DNA of 64,000 nt, from NCBI GenBank assembly GCA_964016885.1, contig OZ024740.1:496001-560000 (forward strand). Reading direction: 5' to 3'. The notes below the pieces were generated by a model, which was given only the letters and a program-made list of their open reading frames with translations, searched no databases and had not been told where the DNA came from. This stretch comes from Eledone cirrhosa. Lineage: Eukaryota. Positions 52,530 to 64,000 of the stretch are shown piece after piece. The position numbers and the translations under genes were made by a program. The number at the start of each line of letters is the position of its first letter. The first letter of the stretch is position 1.

Positions 52530-52560
52530 CTAGCTGAATTACCCAGCGTTGCCCAGGTTA
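52530..52560 (-). mobile_element. Helitron 3' terminus (body probably extends to ~53400)
   Basis: Minus strand ACCTGGGCAACGCTGGGT (CpG-decayed CCCGGGCAACGCCGGG hairpin) AATTCAG-CTAG|T. Confidence 0.65.
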
Positions 52561-53479
52561 CTGCTGTTCTTATTCAGATTAGTAAACAATAAATATGAAG
52601 ATATGTTTTTTTTCTTCTCATAATTATTTCAAAATATCTATATTTTATTTTTTTAAATATCAAAATTGTAATGATAATAGAAATTATAAATGAAAATCTG
52701 TCAATCTTGAAGCACCTCAGGGTAAACAATATTCATTGTGTAATTTTTTGTTGGTGTCCAAATTCATAAATTGTTGCTACACACTCATGCACATACACTT
52801 TCATATACATATACTAAGACAGACATACATTCATGCAAACACACGCATAGCTATTCACCTCATTTTTAGTCTGTTGCTACATATGTGTAGATGTGTGTGT
52901 GTATTTAATTACGTACCTAATGAATTCGCAAACACACTCACAGACACATACATATTCACATACAACATGTGACATCGGTGTTTTCTATTGTTTTGATGCA
53001 AATGAAAATAAAAATTATCACACATACACTCACATACATATACTGAGACAGACACACACAGACATACATTCACACAAACCTGTCTGTCATCACATATGTA
53101 TCTGTATGTGTAGATGTGTGTGTGTTTAATTGTCTGTGTGTGAAGATAATGTGTATGCAACCTACGTAGTAACAAACACACATACACTAACAGACACATA
53201 CACACTCATATGCAATGTGCCATCATCGTCGTCGTGGTTTACTATAGTTCACTATAGAAATGTTATTTTAGATAAAAATATTATATTGTTTTAATCCAAA
53301 TGAAAATAAAAATGTGTTTCTATAAGAAACGAATTTGAAAAACATCCTGCCATTATATTCAACAAAGCTGATCTATTGAATTGGAACCAGTAGGGGGACA
53401 CTTTTACAGCCCCTTTCTTAAACACTCTTTTAAAAAAAACCAACAGCACTCCCAATCATGCTGTCACCATTCACCATTT

Positions 53480-54363
53480 TCTTGTACAGCTTTCACAAGC
53501 CATTCATCTACTCCTAGTTTTCTAAGAGCCCACCAGATTACAGCACGGGGCACTCTGTCGAAGGCTTTTTCCAGGTAGAGCGGCTTACTTTTAGCTGGGT
53601 ACTTACTTTTCCTGTAACTGCCTCACAAGGAAGAGGGCATCAGTGGTGCCTTTTCCTGACACAAACCCAAATTGCATCTCATCTAGTTTCACCCGGTCCC
53701 TAATCAACTGTGCTATAACCCTTTCTGTTACTTTCATGACCTGGTCCATCAGCTTTATACCTCTATAGTTTCCTCTATCTAGTGCATCACCTTTACCCAG
53801 CAGTGATGCTGCTGCACCAATCCTTTGGTATGACACCCTCTAGTATTACTTGGTTAACAATAAGTGTGGTTATGGTGTGACCTATCGACCCAAATGCTTT
53901 CAGCATCTCAGCAGCTATATCCGATGGACCAGTTACCTTCCCAGTCTTCATATCTTTAATTGCCTTACTTACTACACTGCTGCTGACTTGTATTGCTGGC
54001 CCCTCTTTCTGGTCCACTTGGGGTAGGGTCTCTTTCTCCCATGCATTCTCTTCATTTAGTAATCTTTCATAATGGCTCTTCCACGCATCTTTCTTCTCGG
54101 CACGTATAAGGACAAGCTCGCCTTTATCATTCCGGACACACTTCTCTCCAATGACATCACAAATTTCTTTAACACACTGCCTCACAATCTTGAACACCTC
54201 CTGTTTCTGGTTCTCACGCTGCAAAACATGCTTGAATTTTCTATCCTCCGCTTCTCTTCTAGCTAAGTATACTTGTCACCTAGCTTCCCTCCTGGCCTCT
54301 ATGTACTGTACCCTGCATCCCCCGTTCTTCCATTCTTTCCATGCCTGTCTCTTGGCCTTAACT
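53480..54363 (-). mobile_element. RTE-B-like internal fragment, diverged
   Basis: ORFs 53793-54224 and 53603-53836; homologous to 39180-39935. Confidence 0.88.
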
Positions 54364-54399
54364 TAAAGTCCTAAAAGTGAAGTTGGTAAAAAGTTATGT

Positions 54400-54795
54400 C
54401 CTAACACAGAGGAAGGAAGCCAGAACTATGATGCCATTTGGGTAATGACCTTGTTTGCTATATGGAAAACATGTGGGCCGAAACCTCGTTAGGTGCACAC
54501 AGTGTAATCTATGGATACACACCAGTTGTGTGGTTACTGGCAAAATAACAGAGAAGATAGACATTCATCATCATCATTGTTTAACATCCATTTTCCACGC
54601 TAGCTTGGGTAAGATGTGCTGTCCCATTGTGAGAGATCCAGGTCGGAGGGCTGTGATTTGTTCACACAGAACTGATCTTCGCTTGGTTTCTACGGCTGGA
54701 TGCCTTTCCTAACACCAACCACATTTACAGTGTGTGTTGAGTGCTTTTTGTTGTGACACACCTACATGACCACTTTACAGTGTGTACTGGGTACT
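54400..54795. mobile_element. Old RTE PHD-region remnant (plus) and RTE/SINE tail fragment (minus)
   Basis: VGRNLVRCTQCNLWIH; then (CAT)n...GGCTGGATGCCTTTCCTAACACCAACC. Confidence 0.6.
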
Positions 54796-55509
54796 TTATG
54801 TCTGCAGCAAATGTTAAGGTGGAATAAACACTAAGAGCACATAAGAGAATGATCCCTTAATTGCCAGGAGGCTCCATAGAAGTGACCTAATCACCTGTCG
54901 GGGAGATTGTTCTGAAAATGTTGTGCCAGAGTAAGAATGAGATGGAAAAAGTTCAGGGAGCAAGTACCCCTGCTAACAACTAACATCCCCCACCATCTAC
55001 CCATATAGTAATTACACTCACCATCACTGTACTCCTAACCCCACCCCTACTCAAAATAAGCACGCCTGCTACACTCTGCTAAATAAATGGTTGAGAGGAG
55101 AAGCAACCATCTCCAACTGATCCGGCTGGATCCCCAACTGAGAATAAGATCCCTGAGCTTAGCTGGTCTTACTTAGGGATCCATCCAGATCAGCTGGAGA
55201 TGGTTGCTTCTGAGAGGAGTGTTTGAGGATTCTGCCCCCTTGACTCTCTTGGGGCAAGAGAGGACTTTTCAGCTGTGTTGAAGACATGACAACATTCTTA
55301 GTTCTGGCGCCATAATAAAATGCACGTGGTACATTCAGTAGAGTGCATGAACATATGTAAGTGAAGACCTCCAAGCTTGTCTGAGAGGTCAGTAGTTCCG
55401 ATTATGTACTTGCCTTAATCCAACCCTTGATGTGTGTATGTGTGTATATATCTGTATGTGTGTGTCTACACATGTACATATATACAGCCCACACAAATGA
55501 ATATATATA

Positions 55510-56340
55510 TCATCATCATCATCGTTTAACGTCTATCTTCCACGCTAGCATGGGTTTAGACGGGAATTGTCCCACATGAAGCAAGATTGGTTGTCTCGCT
55601 CGTATAGAACTGTCTGGCAGGTTTTCTACGGCTGGATGCCCTTCCTAACACCAACCACATTTACAGTGTGGACTGGGAGGTTTTTACCGTGTTACCTACA
55701 CGGCCACATTACAGCGTGGACTGTGTTTTTTTTTTTTGTCGTGATACCTACATGACCATTTATTTAGGACTGGATGTTGTGGTACCAACATAACTTTACA
55801 TCGAAAGGGTGGTGTTGATGGGTGTGGAGCTGGAGTAGGGGTAGTGGGACAAGGGTGTATATTTGGTTAAGAGGTGCCTACTGACTGTATGTTTCGCTTT
55901 GCACTTAGGCAAGGCGAGTTTTCTGTATTACTGAGTAGCGCCAAAGATCTCGGTCCAGTGATATTGTCTATAGTGTGTGTAAGGTCGGAATTTATCAAGT
56001 CATCCCAGGTTTTTCTGGGTCTACCTACTACGTAACTTCCGTCTATTTTGATCGCCCTGCACTTTTTTATACAGCTGTCGTCTTTCATACGCATCACATG
56101 ACCATACCAATGTAGTTTTCTCTCAAGTAAACAACATCTGATCCCTCTTATTCCTAATTTCTCACTTAGTTCATTTATGCTTTGCCGTTGACGTATATTA
56201 CTATTACACATCCAACGGAGCATGCAAGCTTCGTTCCTCTCAAGTCTGCGCAGATCCTCTGCACACAATGCCCAGGTCTCACTGCCATGTAGCATTGCTG
56301 TTCGTATGCAGGCATCATACAGTCTGCCTTTCATTTTTAG
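55510..56340 (-). mobile_element. RTE-A 3' fragment, diverged
   Basis: ORF 55867-56334; 3'UTR; (CAT)n tail. Confidence 0.88.
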
Positions 56341-57238
56341 TAGGAAAATGTTTAACCCTGACGGAAGAGCTCAAGCCGTTTTGACGGCTACATCAGGACG
56401 CATATTTCTGGAGTTTATATACTATCATATATATATATGTGTATGATAGTATATACACTCCCCCCACACATGAATATATATATATATATATAGACACAAA
56501 CACATTATTTATGTTATTTCTCTATTCATTTCTATAAAGCAAATATAACATAACATTCAATGAATTTCATAACAGTTTTTGTTTTATATATATGTATGTT
56601 GTTGTTTTATCCACCCACTTCTTCTTCTTTTGCAGCTGATAGCACTCTCTGTTTCTCTTCCTTTCTCTATCCACCATCTTGTCTACTGTTAACATCCTAG
56701 CTAGCACCTCCTATCAGATATCCACTATTTCATACTACCACATCCTCTACCAATCACTCACTATTCATACACTCCCAGTCAAGGGCTTTCTTCTTCAACT
56801 TCTCTTACAATAATCACAGACCCTGTGAAACTACTCTATTAACTTCAGTAAATTGCTACAGTTGTTAGAGTGCCATACTAACTATTTCTTCTGATTCTTT
56901 GTTCTGTGTTCAAATCCAATTATGATCAACGTTTGCCTTTCATCCTTTCTGGGGTTCAAACAATAGAGTATCAGCCTAGGGCAATAGATTGGTGTAATTG
57001 CTAAGGTGTTGAATATGATACCTAGCAACATCTCTTTCAACCCTTTGTATTCTGTCTGTGACATCATTGGTAACTGGCCCTTGCCTTTCTTGTAGACAAT
57101 ACCAGTGGCATGAAGAGGTGAGACTTTCAAACATGAATGATTGTTAGTTTAAAAAAATAAAATAAAATTCAATTCATCCTAGCCTGTTGGGGAACTTTCC
57201 ATTTGTAGAACTATATTGTGGCCCCATGTAAATTTATC

Positions 57239-57239
<1 letters not shown>

Positions 57240-57269
<30 letters not shown>

Positions 57270-57576
57270 TTTACATCCGCTTTTCCCTGCTTGCAAGGGT
57301 GGGACGAGAACTGATTCTGGCTTGATTTCTACAGCTGGATGCCCTTCCTAACACCAACCTCATTTACAGTGAGTGCTGGGTGCTTTTTTTCCATGGCACC
57401 TCCACGACCACTTTGCAGTGGAATGATATGGACCCCTGTCCTATCATCTCATTTCTACAGCTGAGTAAACTGGAGCAATGTGAAATAAAGGAAACAATAC
57501 ATCACCCGGTCTGAGAATTGAACTCACAACCTTTCGATTGCAAGGCCAATGCTCTAACCACTAAGCCATGTGCCTC
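57240..57576 (-). mobile_element. SINE-A
   Basis: Head-to-tail match with a small deletion. Confidence 0.87.
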
Positions 57577-58392
57577 AGTTAACAATATTCACCACTCTTG
57601 TGAAACTGCTATCTTAGCTTCAGACTAGCTGTCATTCTCTCTTGCTCCTGTGTCTGTCTTATACACAGAGACCTTCTACTAAATATCTTATTCTGTCAAT
57701 TGGTCCCTAGATCTACATTCCCTCCTCCCTATTTTTATTTTCCATCCAGTCACCAACTTTCAAGAGACTAATCTAATCCATGAGCCAATTTAACACATCC
57801 TCCCCTGGCCCTATGTGTGATGGGTTTAGTTACATCCAGTCTTCCTGTTTTCTCCAGTTAAATAACTCAGATTAGTTTGATAATGTTGCTAGATTTAATG
57901 TAATTTCTTATCAGAGATAATTGTTGTGATAGATGGCATCTCAACAACTGGGTGTTGCTCCTAATATTCATTCTAATTTCTGAGAAAAATATTAAATTAG
58001 ATTATATAAATGTTTGTTCTTAATCTCTTATTGTGTTGGTGCCTCATTATTTTACAACAACTTCATCCTCTCTTTGTCCACCTTGACATTTTTTTTTTTC
58101 ATAGCTCACCTAGCTGATTCACACCAGTTCCCTTATCTCTACAATAACAAAAAAGTGACAAGAGATTCCATAAAAAGACACTGTGGTTTATATGGAAAAC
58201 TGGTTCTGTCAAGAAATTTGGGTGGTAAACATAATCTGTTGCCCAGTTTCTCTATGTTGACTGACTGTAACTTTCTTTGTATCCACTGTTGCATGGTCCA
58301 GGTCCCAGATTTCAAGATAGCTTCTTCTTTGGGTAAAACAAGAAAAGAAAAAGCAGTCCAACACACCAAGAACTCAAACTGACTTGATTCAA

Positions 58393-58598
58393 CCCTTTAG
58401 CATTTATATTACTCTATATATACTATTGTATTTTCATGATAAAAGCTTTATCACACATAATATTGAATCTGAGATTTTGATATTATTTATTTTGAGAACA
58501 ATACGTTAACATCAGTATGAGTTGCCAGTTACAATCAGTTTGAGTAGAAAGAGGTGAGAGAATTCTGGCCAGATACGACCGGTTTAAATGCTAAAGGG
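58393..58598. mobile_element. piggyBac-like MITE-1
   Basis: 14-bp TIR CCCTTTAGCATTTA / TAAATGCTAAAGGG; TCAA and TTAA flanks. Confidence 0.8.
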
Positions 58599-58732
58599 TT
58601 AAAACAATAATATACCTGGCATTGTATTTTTCTTTTTTTAAATGAATGTTAAGGCTATTACATGAACTACAGTTTTGATAACAAACCATCCGAAATCAGC
58701 CCTGGTTCTATGACAAAAACTGTTTAGTTTAA

Positions 58733-60851
58733 CCCTTTAGCATTTACACTACTGAAAGCTTCTGGAACAGTGGGACACACTATGGTCACCCGGATAGTAA
58801 ACCAAGTCATACAGAATGGGGTTGTTCCGAAGGACTAGCGTTGCAACATCATCATTAACTGCTACAAGGGTAAAGGAGATGCCCTAGATAGGGGTAACTA
58901 TAGAGGTATTAAATTAATCGACCAGGTCATGAAGGTCACAGAAAAAGTAATAGCGCAACTAATCAGAGAGAGAATTGATCTAGATGAAATGCAGTTCGGG
59001 TTTGTGTCAGGTAAAAGTACCACAGACGCTCTTTTCATTGTACAACAACTACAGGAGAAGTACCTAGCTAAAAGTAAACCCATATATTTAGCTTTTGTCG
59101 ACTTGGAGAAAGCCTTTGACAGAGTCCCCCCGTTCCATTATCTGGTGGGCTCTTAGAAAACTAGGTGTAGATGAATGGTTTGTGAGAGCTGTACAAGCTA
59201 TGTATAAAGAAACAGTCAGCAGTGAATAGTTTAGCGTAAAAGTTGGTGTTCATCAGGGCTCCGTTCTTAGCTCCCTACTATTTATTATAGCCCTTCAGGC
59301 TATAACAGAGGAGTTCAAGACTGGCTGCCCATGGGAACTCCTATACACAGATGATCTAACGCTCATAGCTGAATCAATGGCTGAACTAGAGAAGAAATTC
59401 CAAACATGGAAGCATGGCCTAGAATCAAAAGGCCTTAAAATTAACCTGTCTAAGACTAAAGTTCTAGTTTGTAGGAAGGAAAATAGGGCACTGGTCCCAT
59501 CTGGGAAATGGCCATGCTCAGTGTGTAGGAAAGGAGTAGGCAGAAACTCCATTTTATGTCCCAAATGCAAAGTATGGGTGCATAAAAGATGTTGTGGGAT
59601 CACAGGTAAGATAACTAAGAATATAGATTTTATATGTGGCCGGTGCTCTGCAGCAATAAGTAGCAGCAAGTGCCCACTGAATACTAGCTCATTCCATTGC
59701 ACAGATGGTTCTATGGAAATAGTGGACACCTTTCGTTACTTGGGTGACAAAATCAGCAGTGGTGGCGGGTGCTCTGAAAGTACAGTAGCTAGAGTCAGAA
59801 CTGGATGGAAAAAGTTCCGAGAGCTTATACCACTATTAGCCGCTAAAGGGTTCTCCCTAAAAATGAAAGGCAGGCTGTATGATGCCTGCATACGAACAGC
59901 AATGTTACATAGCAGTGAGACCTGGGCATTGTGTGCAGAGGATATACGCAGACTGGAGAGGAACGAAGCTTGCATGCTCTGCTGGATGTGTAATAGTAAT
60001 ATACGTGAACGGCAAAGCATAAACGAACTAAGGGAAAAATTAGAAATAAGAGGGATCAGATATTGTTTACTCGAGAGAAGACTATGTTGTATAAATATGT
60101 GCAGGGCAATAAAAATAGACGGTAGCCACGGAGTAGGCAGACCCAGAAAAACCTGGGACGACCTGATAAATTCCGACCTCACACACTTACACCTCTCCAA
60201 GACAATGTCACTGGACCGAGATCTTTGGCGCTACACAGTAATACAGAAGACCCACCTTACCTAAGTACAAATCGAAACCTACAGTCAGTAGGCACCTCTA
60301 ACAAAAATACACCCCGTCCCACTACCCCCACCCTATCCACACCACCCCTTTCAATGTAAAGTTATGTTGGTACCACAACATCCAGTCCGAAACAAATAAG
60401 GTTGTGTAGGTGTCACGACAAAAAAAACACACAGTCCACGCTGTAATGTGACCGTGTAGGTAACACGGTAAAAACCTCCCAGTCCACACTGTAAACGTGG
60501 TTGGTGTTAGGAAGGGCATCCAGCCGTAGAAAACCCGCCAGACAGTCTTATACGAGCAAGACAACCACTCTTGCCTCAAGTGGGAAAACTCCCGTCCAAA
60601 CCCATGCAAGCGTGGAAGATGGACGTTAAACAATGATGATGATGATGACTACTCTATATTTACTCTTGTATTTTCACAGTAAACACTTTGTCTCATGATT
60701 ATCTCAAATAATATTGAAGCTACAAGATTTTGATAATATTTATTTTGAAAACAATACCTTAACATAAGTATGAGCAGCGAGTTATGGCCAGTTTGAACAG
60801 AAAGAAGTGAGAGAATTCTGGCCGGATACAGCTGGTTTAAATGCTAGAGAA
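58733..60851. mobile_element. Second MITE-1 copy, split by an RTE-A insertion
   Basis: TTAA|CCCTTTAGCATTTAC at the left; the remainder at 60654-60851 is homologous to 58410-58598. Confidence 0.75.
58754..60647 (+). mobile_element. RTE-A LINE, 5'-truncated, with ACTACT target-site duplication
   Basis: ORFs 58929-59156 and 59377-60264; ACTACT at 58748-58753 and 60648-60653. Confidence 0.92.
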
Positions 60852-60936
60852 TTAAAGTATTTACATTTATCTAAAAACCTTCCATCATAATTTTATAGAA
60901 AAGCCTTTGTTATGGTTCAAGCACTAGCTAAATAAT

Positions 60937-61119
60937 TTTCTACTTTTGGCACAAGGCCAGCAATTATTCCAGTGTATTACTGGTACTTTATTTTATTGAC
61001 TCCGTAAGGTTGAAAGGCAAAGTTAACCTCGGCGGGATTTGAACTCAGACCATAAAGGGCCGTAACTCTTTGCTGCAAAGCATGGTGTCCGACCCTCTAC
61101 CGATACTGCCAATCCACCA
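60937..61119 (-). mobile_element. SINE-B, full length, 15-bp TSD
   Basis: CACTAGCTAAATAAT at 60922-60936 and 61120-61134. Confidence 0.88.
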
Positions 61120-61234
61120 CACTAGCTAAATAATGAGAAGTCCATTTGAAAGTCCTAGGCAGCGTCTTTCATTAAAAATATGATTAATGAAAGGATTAAC
61201 AAACATTTTGGGAGCCTGGGAATCTTTTGAAGTA

Positions 61235-61408
61235 CCGTATTTCCCAGCATTAAAGACACTTCGTTCTCAAAGACATACCCTAATTTTGACAACCAAAAAT
61301 TTAAAAAAAAACAAAACTAATAAACAACCTTCGGCCTCCAGGACGCATAGTAGATTTTTGAGACTTATTTTAGGAAAAAAGTAGCATCTTCGATGTCGAG
61401 AAATACGG
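61235..61408. mobile_element. Tc1/mariner/pogo-like MITE
   Basis: TA|CCGTATTTC...GAAATACGG|TA termini with TA duplication. Confidence 0.7.
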
Positions 61409-61639
61409 TACAAACATATAAGACAGGTGAAGAGGTTTTTCAAACAACCTTTGTTTCAGTTTTATTTCCTACTAATTGAAAAGTTGTTTTGTTTTATTTT
61501 TTTTTTTTTTTTCCCCAAATACATTTTAGGTTACCATTTTTACTGAAGTAATAAAAATAACTTAATTAATATTCAGGAAAATATAAATATATTAGAAACT
61601 AGTGTTTTGTTTGATACCACAATGTGAATTGGACAGTAT

Positions 61640-62772
61640 ATCATCATCATCATCATCATCATTTTTTTACATCTGCTTTTCCATTCTTGCATGGGTTAGA
61701 CAGGTCCTTCTCAGCACAGCATCTCTCCACTTGTCACATTCCTTCGTCATTTCCTCTTCCAGTCTTAGTGATTCGAAGTCAGCTCTCACAACCTCTGCCC
61801 AGGTCTGTCTTGGTGTTCCTCTATTGTGGCTTCCTTCCACTGGGATTTCCTGGCATTTCTTCTCCCATTGGTCATTATCCATGCACACCACATGTCCATA
61901 CCAACACAGTCTTCTCTCCTGCACACCACATGTCCATACCAACACAGTCTTCTCTCCTGCACACCACATGTCCATACCAACACAGTCTTCTCTCCTGCAC
62001 ACGACATGTCCATACCAACACAGTCTTCTCTCCTGCACACCACATGTCCATACCAACACAGTCTTCTCTCCTGCACACCACATGTCCATACCAACACAGT
62101 CTTCTCTCCTGCACACCACATGTCCATACCAACACAGTCTTCTCTCCTGCACACGACATGTCCATACCAGCACAATCTTCTCTCCTGCACACCATATGTC
62201 CATACCAACACAGTCTTCTCTCCTACACACCACATGTCCATACCAGCACAATCTTCTCTCCTGCACACCATATGTCCATACCAACACAGTCTTCTCTCCT
62301 ACACACCACATGTCCATACCAACACAGTCTTCTCTCCTGCACACCACATGTCCATACCAACACAGTCTTCTCTCCTGCACACCACATGTCCATACCAACA
62401 CAGTCTTCTCTCCTGCACACCACATGTCCATACCAGCACAGTCTTCTCTCCTGCATACCATATGTCCATACCAACACAGTCTTCTCTCCTACACACCACA
62501 TGTCCATACCAACACAGTCTTCTCTCCTGCACACCACATGTCCATACCAACACAGTCTTCTCTCCTGCACACCACATGTCCATACCAACACAGTCTTCTC
62601 TCCTGCACACCACATGTCCATACCAGCACAGTCTTCTCTCCTACACACCACATGTCCATACCAACACAGTCTTCTCTCCTGCACACCACCTTGGATTCTC
62701 CTTAAGCCCAGATTCACAGTTCATCCAAGCTCTCCTTTCTCTCACATTTACATTGCACAACCAACGAAACAT
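61640..62772 (-). mobile_element. Old RTE-C-like 3' end containing an expanded minisatellite
   Basis: KKCQEIPVEG...PRQTWAEVVRAD...WRDAVL parallels RTE-C; (CAT)n tail. Confidence 0.85.
61882..62688. repeat. 38-bp minisatellite, ~21 copies, derived from RTE coding sequence
   Basis: Unit CACCACATGTCCATACCAACACAGTCTTCTCTCCTGCA; antisense reads VQERRLCWYGHV. Confidence 0.95.
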
Positions 62773-62929
62773 GGTTAAAAACATTTCACGTGGTAATTTT
62801 AAAGATAAAATACTATTTTCTACACTTTACATAATACTTTGAACAAGCTACAACACCCTCTTATAAATATACTACTTAAATTATTGCAGGCCTTTTGCCT
62901 AAATTAAAAACCATTATTAGTTTTATTCA

Positions 62930-63053
62930 TTCTGAGTTCAAATCCTGCCGAGGTTAACTTTGCCTTTCATCCTTACGGGGTCGATAAAATAAAGTACCAG
63001 TAATGCACTGGGTAATTACTGGCCTTGTGCCAAAGGTAAAAACAATTATTATT
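62930..63053 (+). mobile_element. SINE-B 3' part
   Basis: B box, central block and (ATT)n tail. Confidence 0.8.
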
Positions 63054-63055
63054 GT

Positions 63056-63446
63056 GAAGGCACATGGCTTAGTGGTTAGAGCATTGGCCTTGCAATCGAA
63101 AGGTTTGAGTTCAATTCTCAGACCGGGTGATGTGTTGTTTCCTTGAGCAAGACATTTTATTTCACATTGCTCCAGTTTACTCAGCTGTAGAAATGAGATG
63201 ATAGGACTGGGGTCCCTATCATTCCACTGCAAAGTGGTCGTGGAGGTGCCACGGCAAAAAAGCACCCAGCACTCACTGTAAATGAGGTTGGTGTTAGGAA
63301 GGGCATCCAGCTGTAGAAATCTAGCCAGAATCAGTTCCAGTATGAGCAAGACAAGGTCAGCCAACCTGACACTGCCCACAACAGGACAACCCGTCTAACC
63401 CATGCTAGTGTGGAAGAACAGACGAAAAATAGTGCTGACGATGATT
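63056..63446 (+). mobile_element. SINE-A variant ending in an RTE-B-type tail
   Basis: After CAGTTCC it continues AGTATGAGCAAG..ACAACAGGACAACCCGTCTAACCCATGCTAG, as at 9775-9850. Confidence 0.85.
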
Positions 63447-63459
63447 ATTGTGTGTAAGA

Positions 63460-63664
63460 GCGGTGGATTGGCAGTAGCAGTAGTGTCGGACACCATGTTT
63501 GGTGGCATAGAGTTACTTCCCTTTATGTTCTGAGGTTAGTTTTGCCTTTCATCCTTAACGGGTCAATAAAATAAAGTACCGGTCACACATTGGTGTCAAT
63601 TGAATCGACTTGCTCTTCCCCTAAAATTGCTGACCTTGTGCCTAAATCAGAAACCATTATTATT
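63460..63664 (+). mobile_element. SINE-B, diverged
   Basis: GGTGGATTGGCAGTA head, central block, (ATT)n tail. Confidence 0.75.
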
Positions 63665-63688
63665 TTGGTGTGTCTAGTTGCACATCAT

Positions 63689-64000
63689 CTCTGTGTATTA
63701 CTGAGTACAGCTCTCTATTATTGAGTACAGCTATGTGTTACTGAGTACAGCTCTCTATTATTGAGTACACCTCTGTGTATTACTGAGCACAGTTCTGTGT
63801 TACTGAGGATGGCTCAGTGTTACTGAGCACAGTTCTGTGTTACTGACCACAGCTCTGTATATTACTGAGCACGGCTCTGTGTTACTGACCAAGGCTCTGT
63901 GTTACTGAGCACGGCTACGTGTTATTGAGGACGGCTCTGTTACTGACCATGGCTCTGTGTATTACTGAGCACAGTTCTGTGTTACTGACCACGGCTCTGT
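63689..64000. repeat. 20-22-bp minisatellite running off the window
   Basis: Unit ~CTCTGTGTTACTGAGCACGG. Confidence 0.9.

Overview
AT-rich, almost entirely repeat-derived eukaryotic DNA, intergenic or inside a large intron. The SINE/RTE repertoire and long (TA)n arrays suggest an octopod cephalopod; this is inference. No host gene is confidently recognisable, only one weak exon candidate. The window holds about 20 truncated or decayed copies of three related RTE-clade LINE families (here RTE-A/B/C) with (GAT)n tails, mostly abutting (TA)n arrays. Their reverse transcriptase carries an in-frame C4HC3 PHD-type zinc finger. It also contains two CR1-like LINE pieces, Penelope-like GIY-YIG remnants, two SINE families, piggyBac-like and Tc1/mariner/pogo-like MITEs, a Helitron 3' end and several minisatellites. 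The signal the ORF track misses is about ten type I hammerhead ribozyme motifs, including decayed ones. Seven form a related set with a long stem II and a self-complementary stem III (TATATA/TATGTA/TGCGCA), six of them in one non-coding repeat family. One sits in a 312-bp retrozyme-like unit. Other points of interest: modular exchange of 3' ends among LINEs and SINEs, a bipartite non-autonomous RTE, a minisatellite born inside an RTE ORF, and (TA)n arrays punctuated by TACAGTA. Coordinates were read by eye and element ends are approximate.
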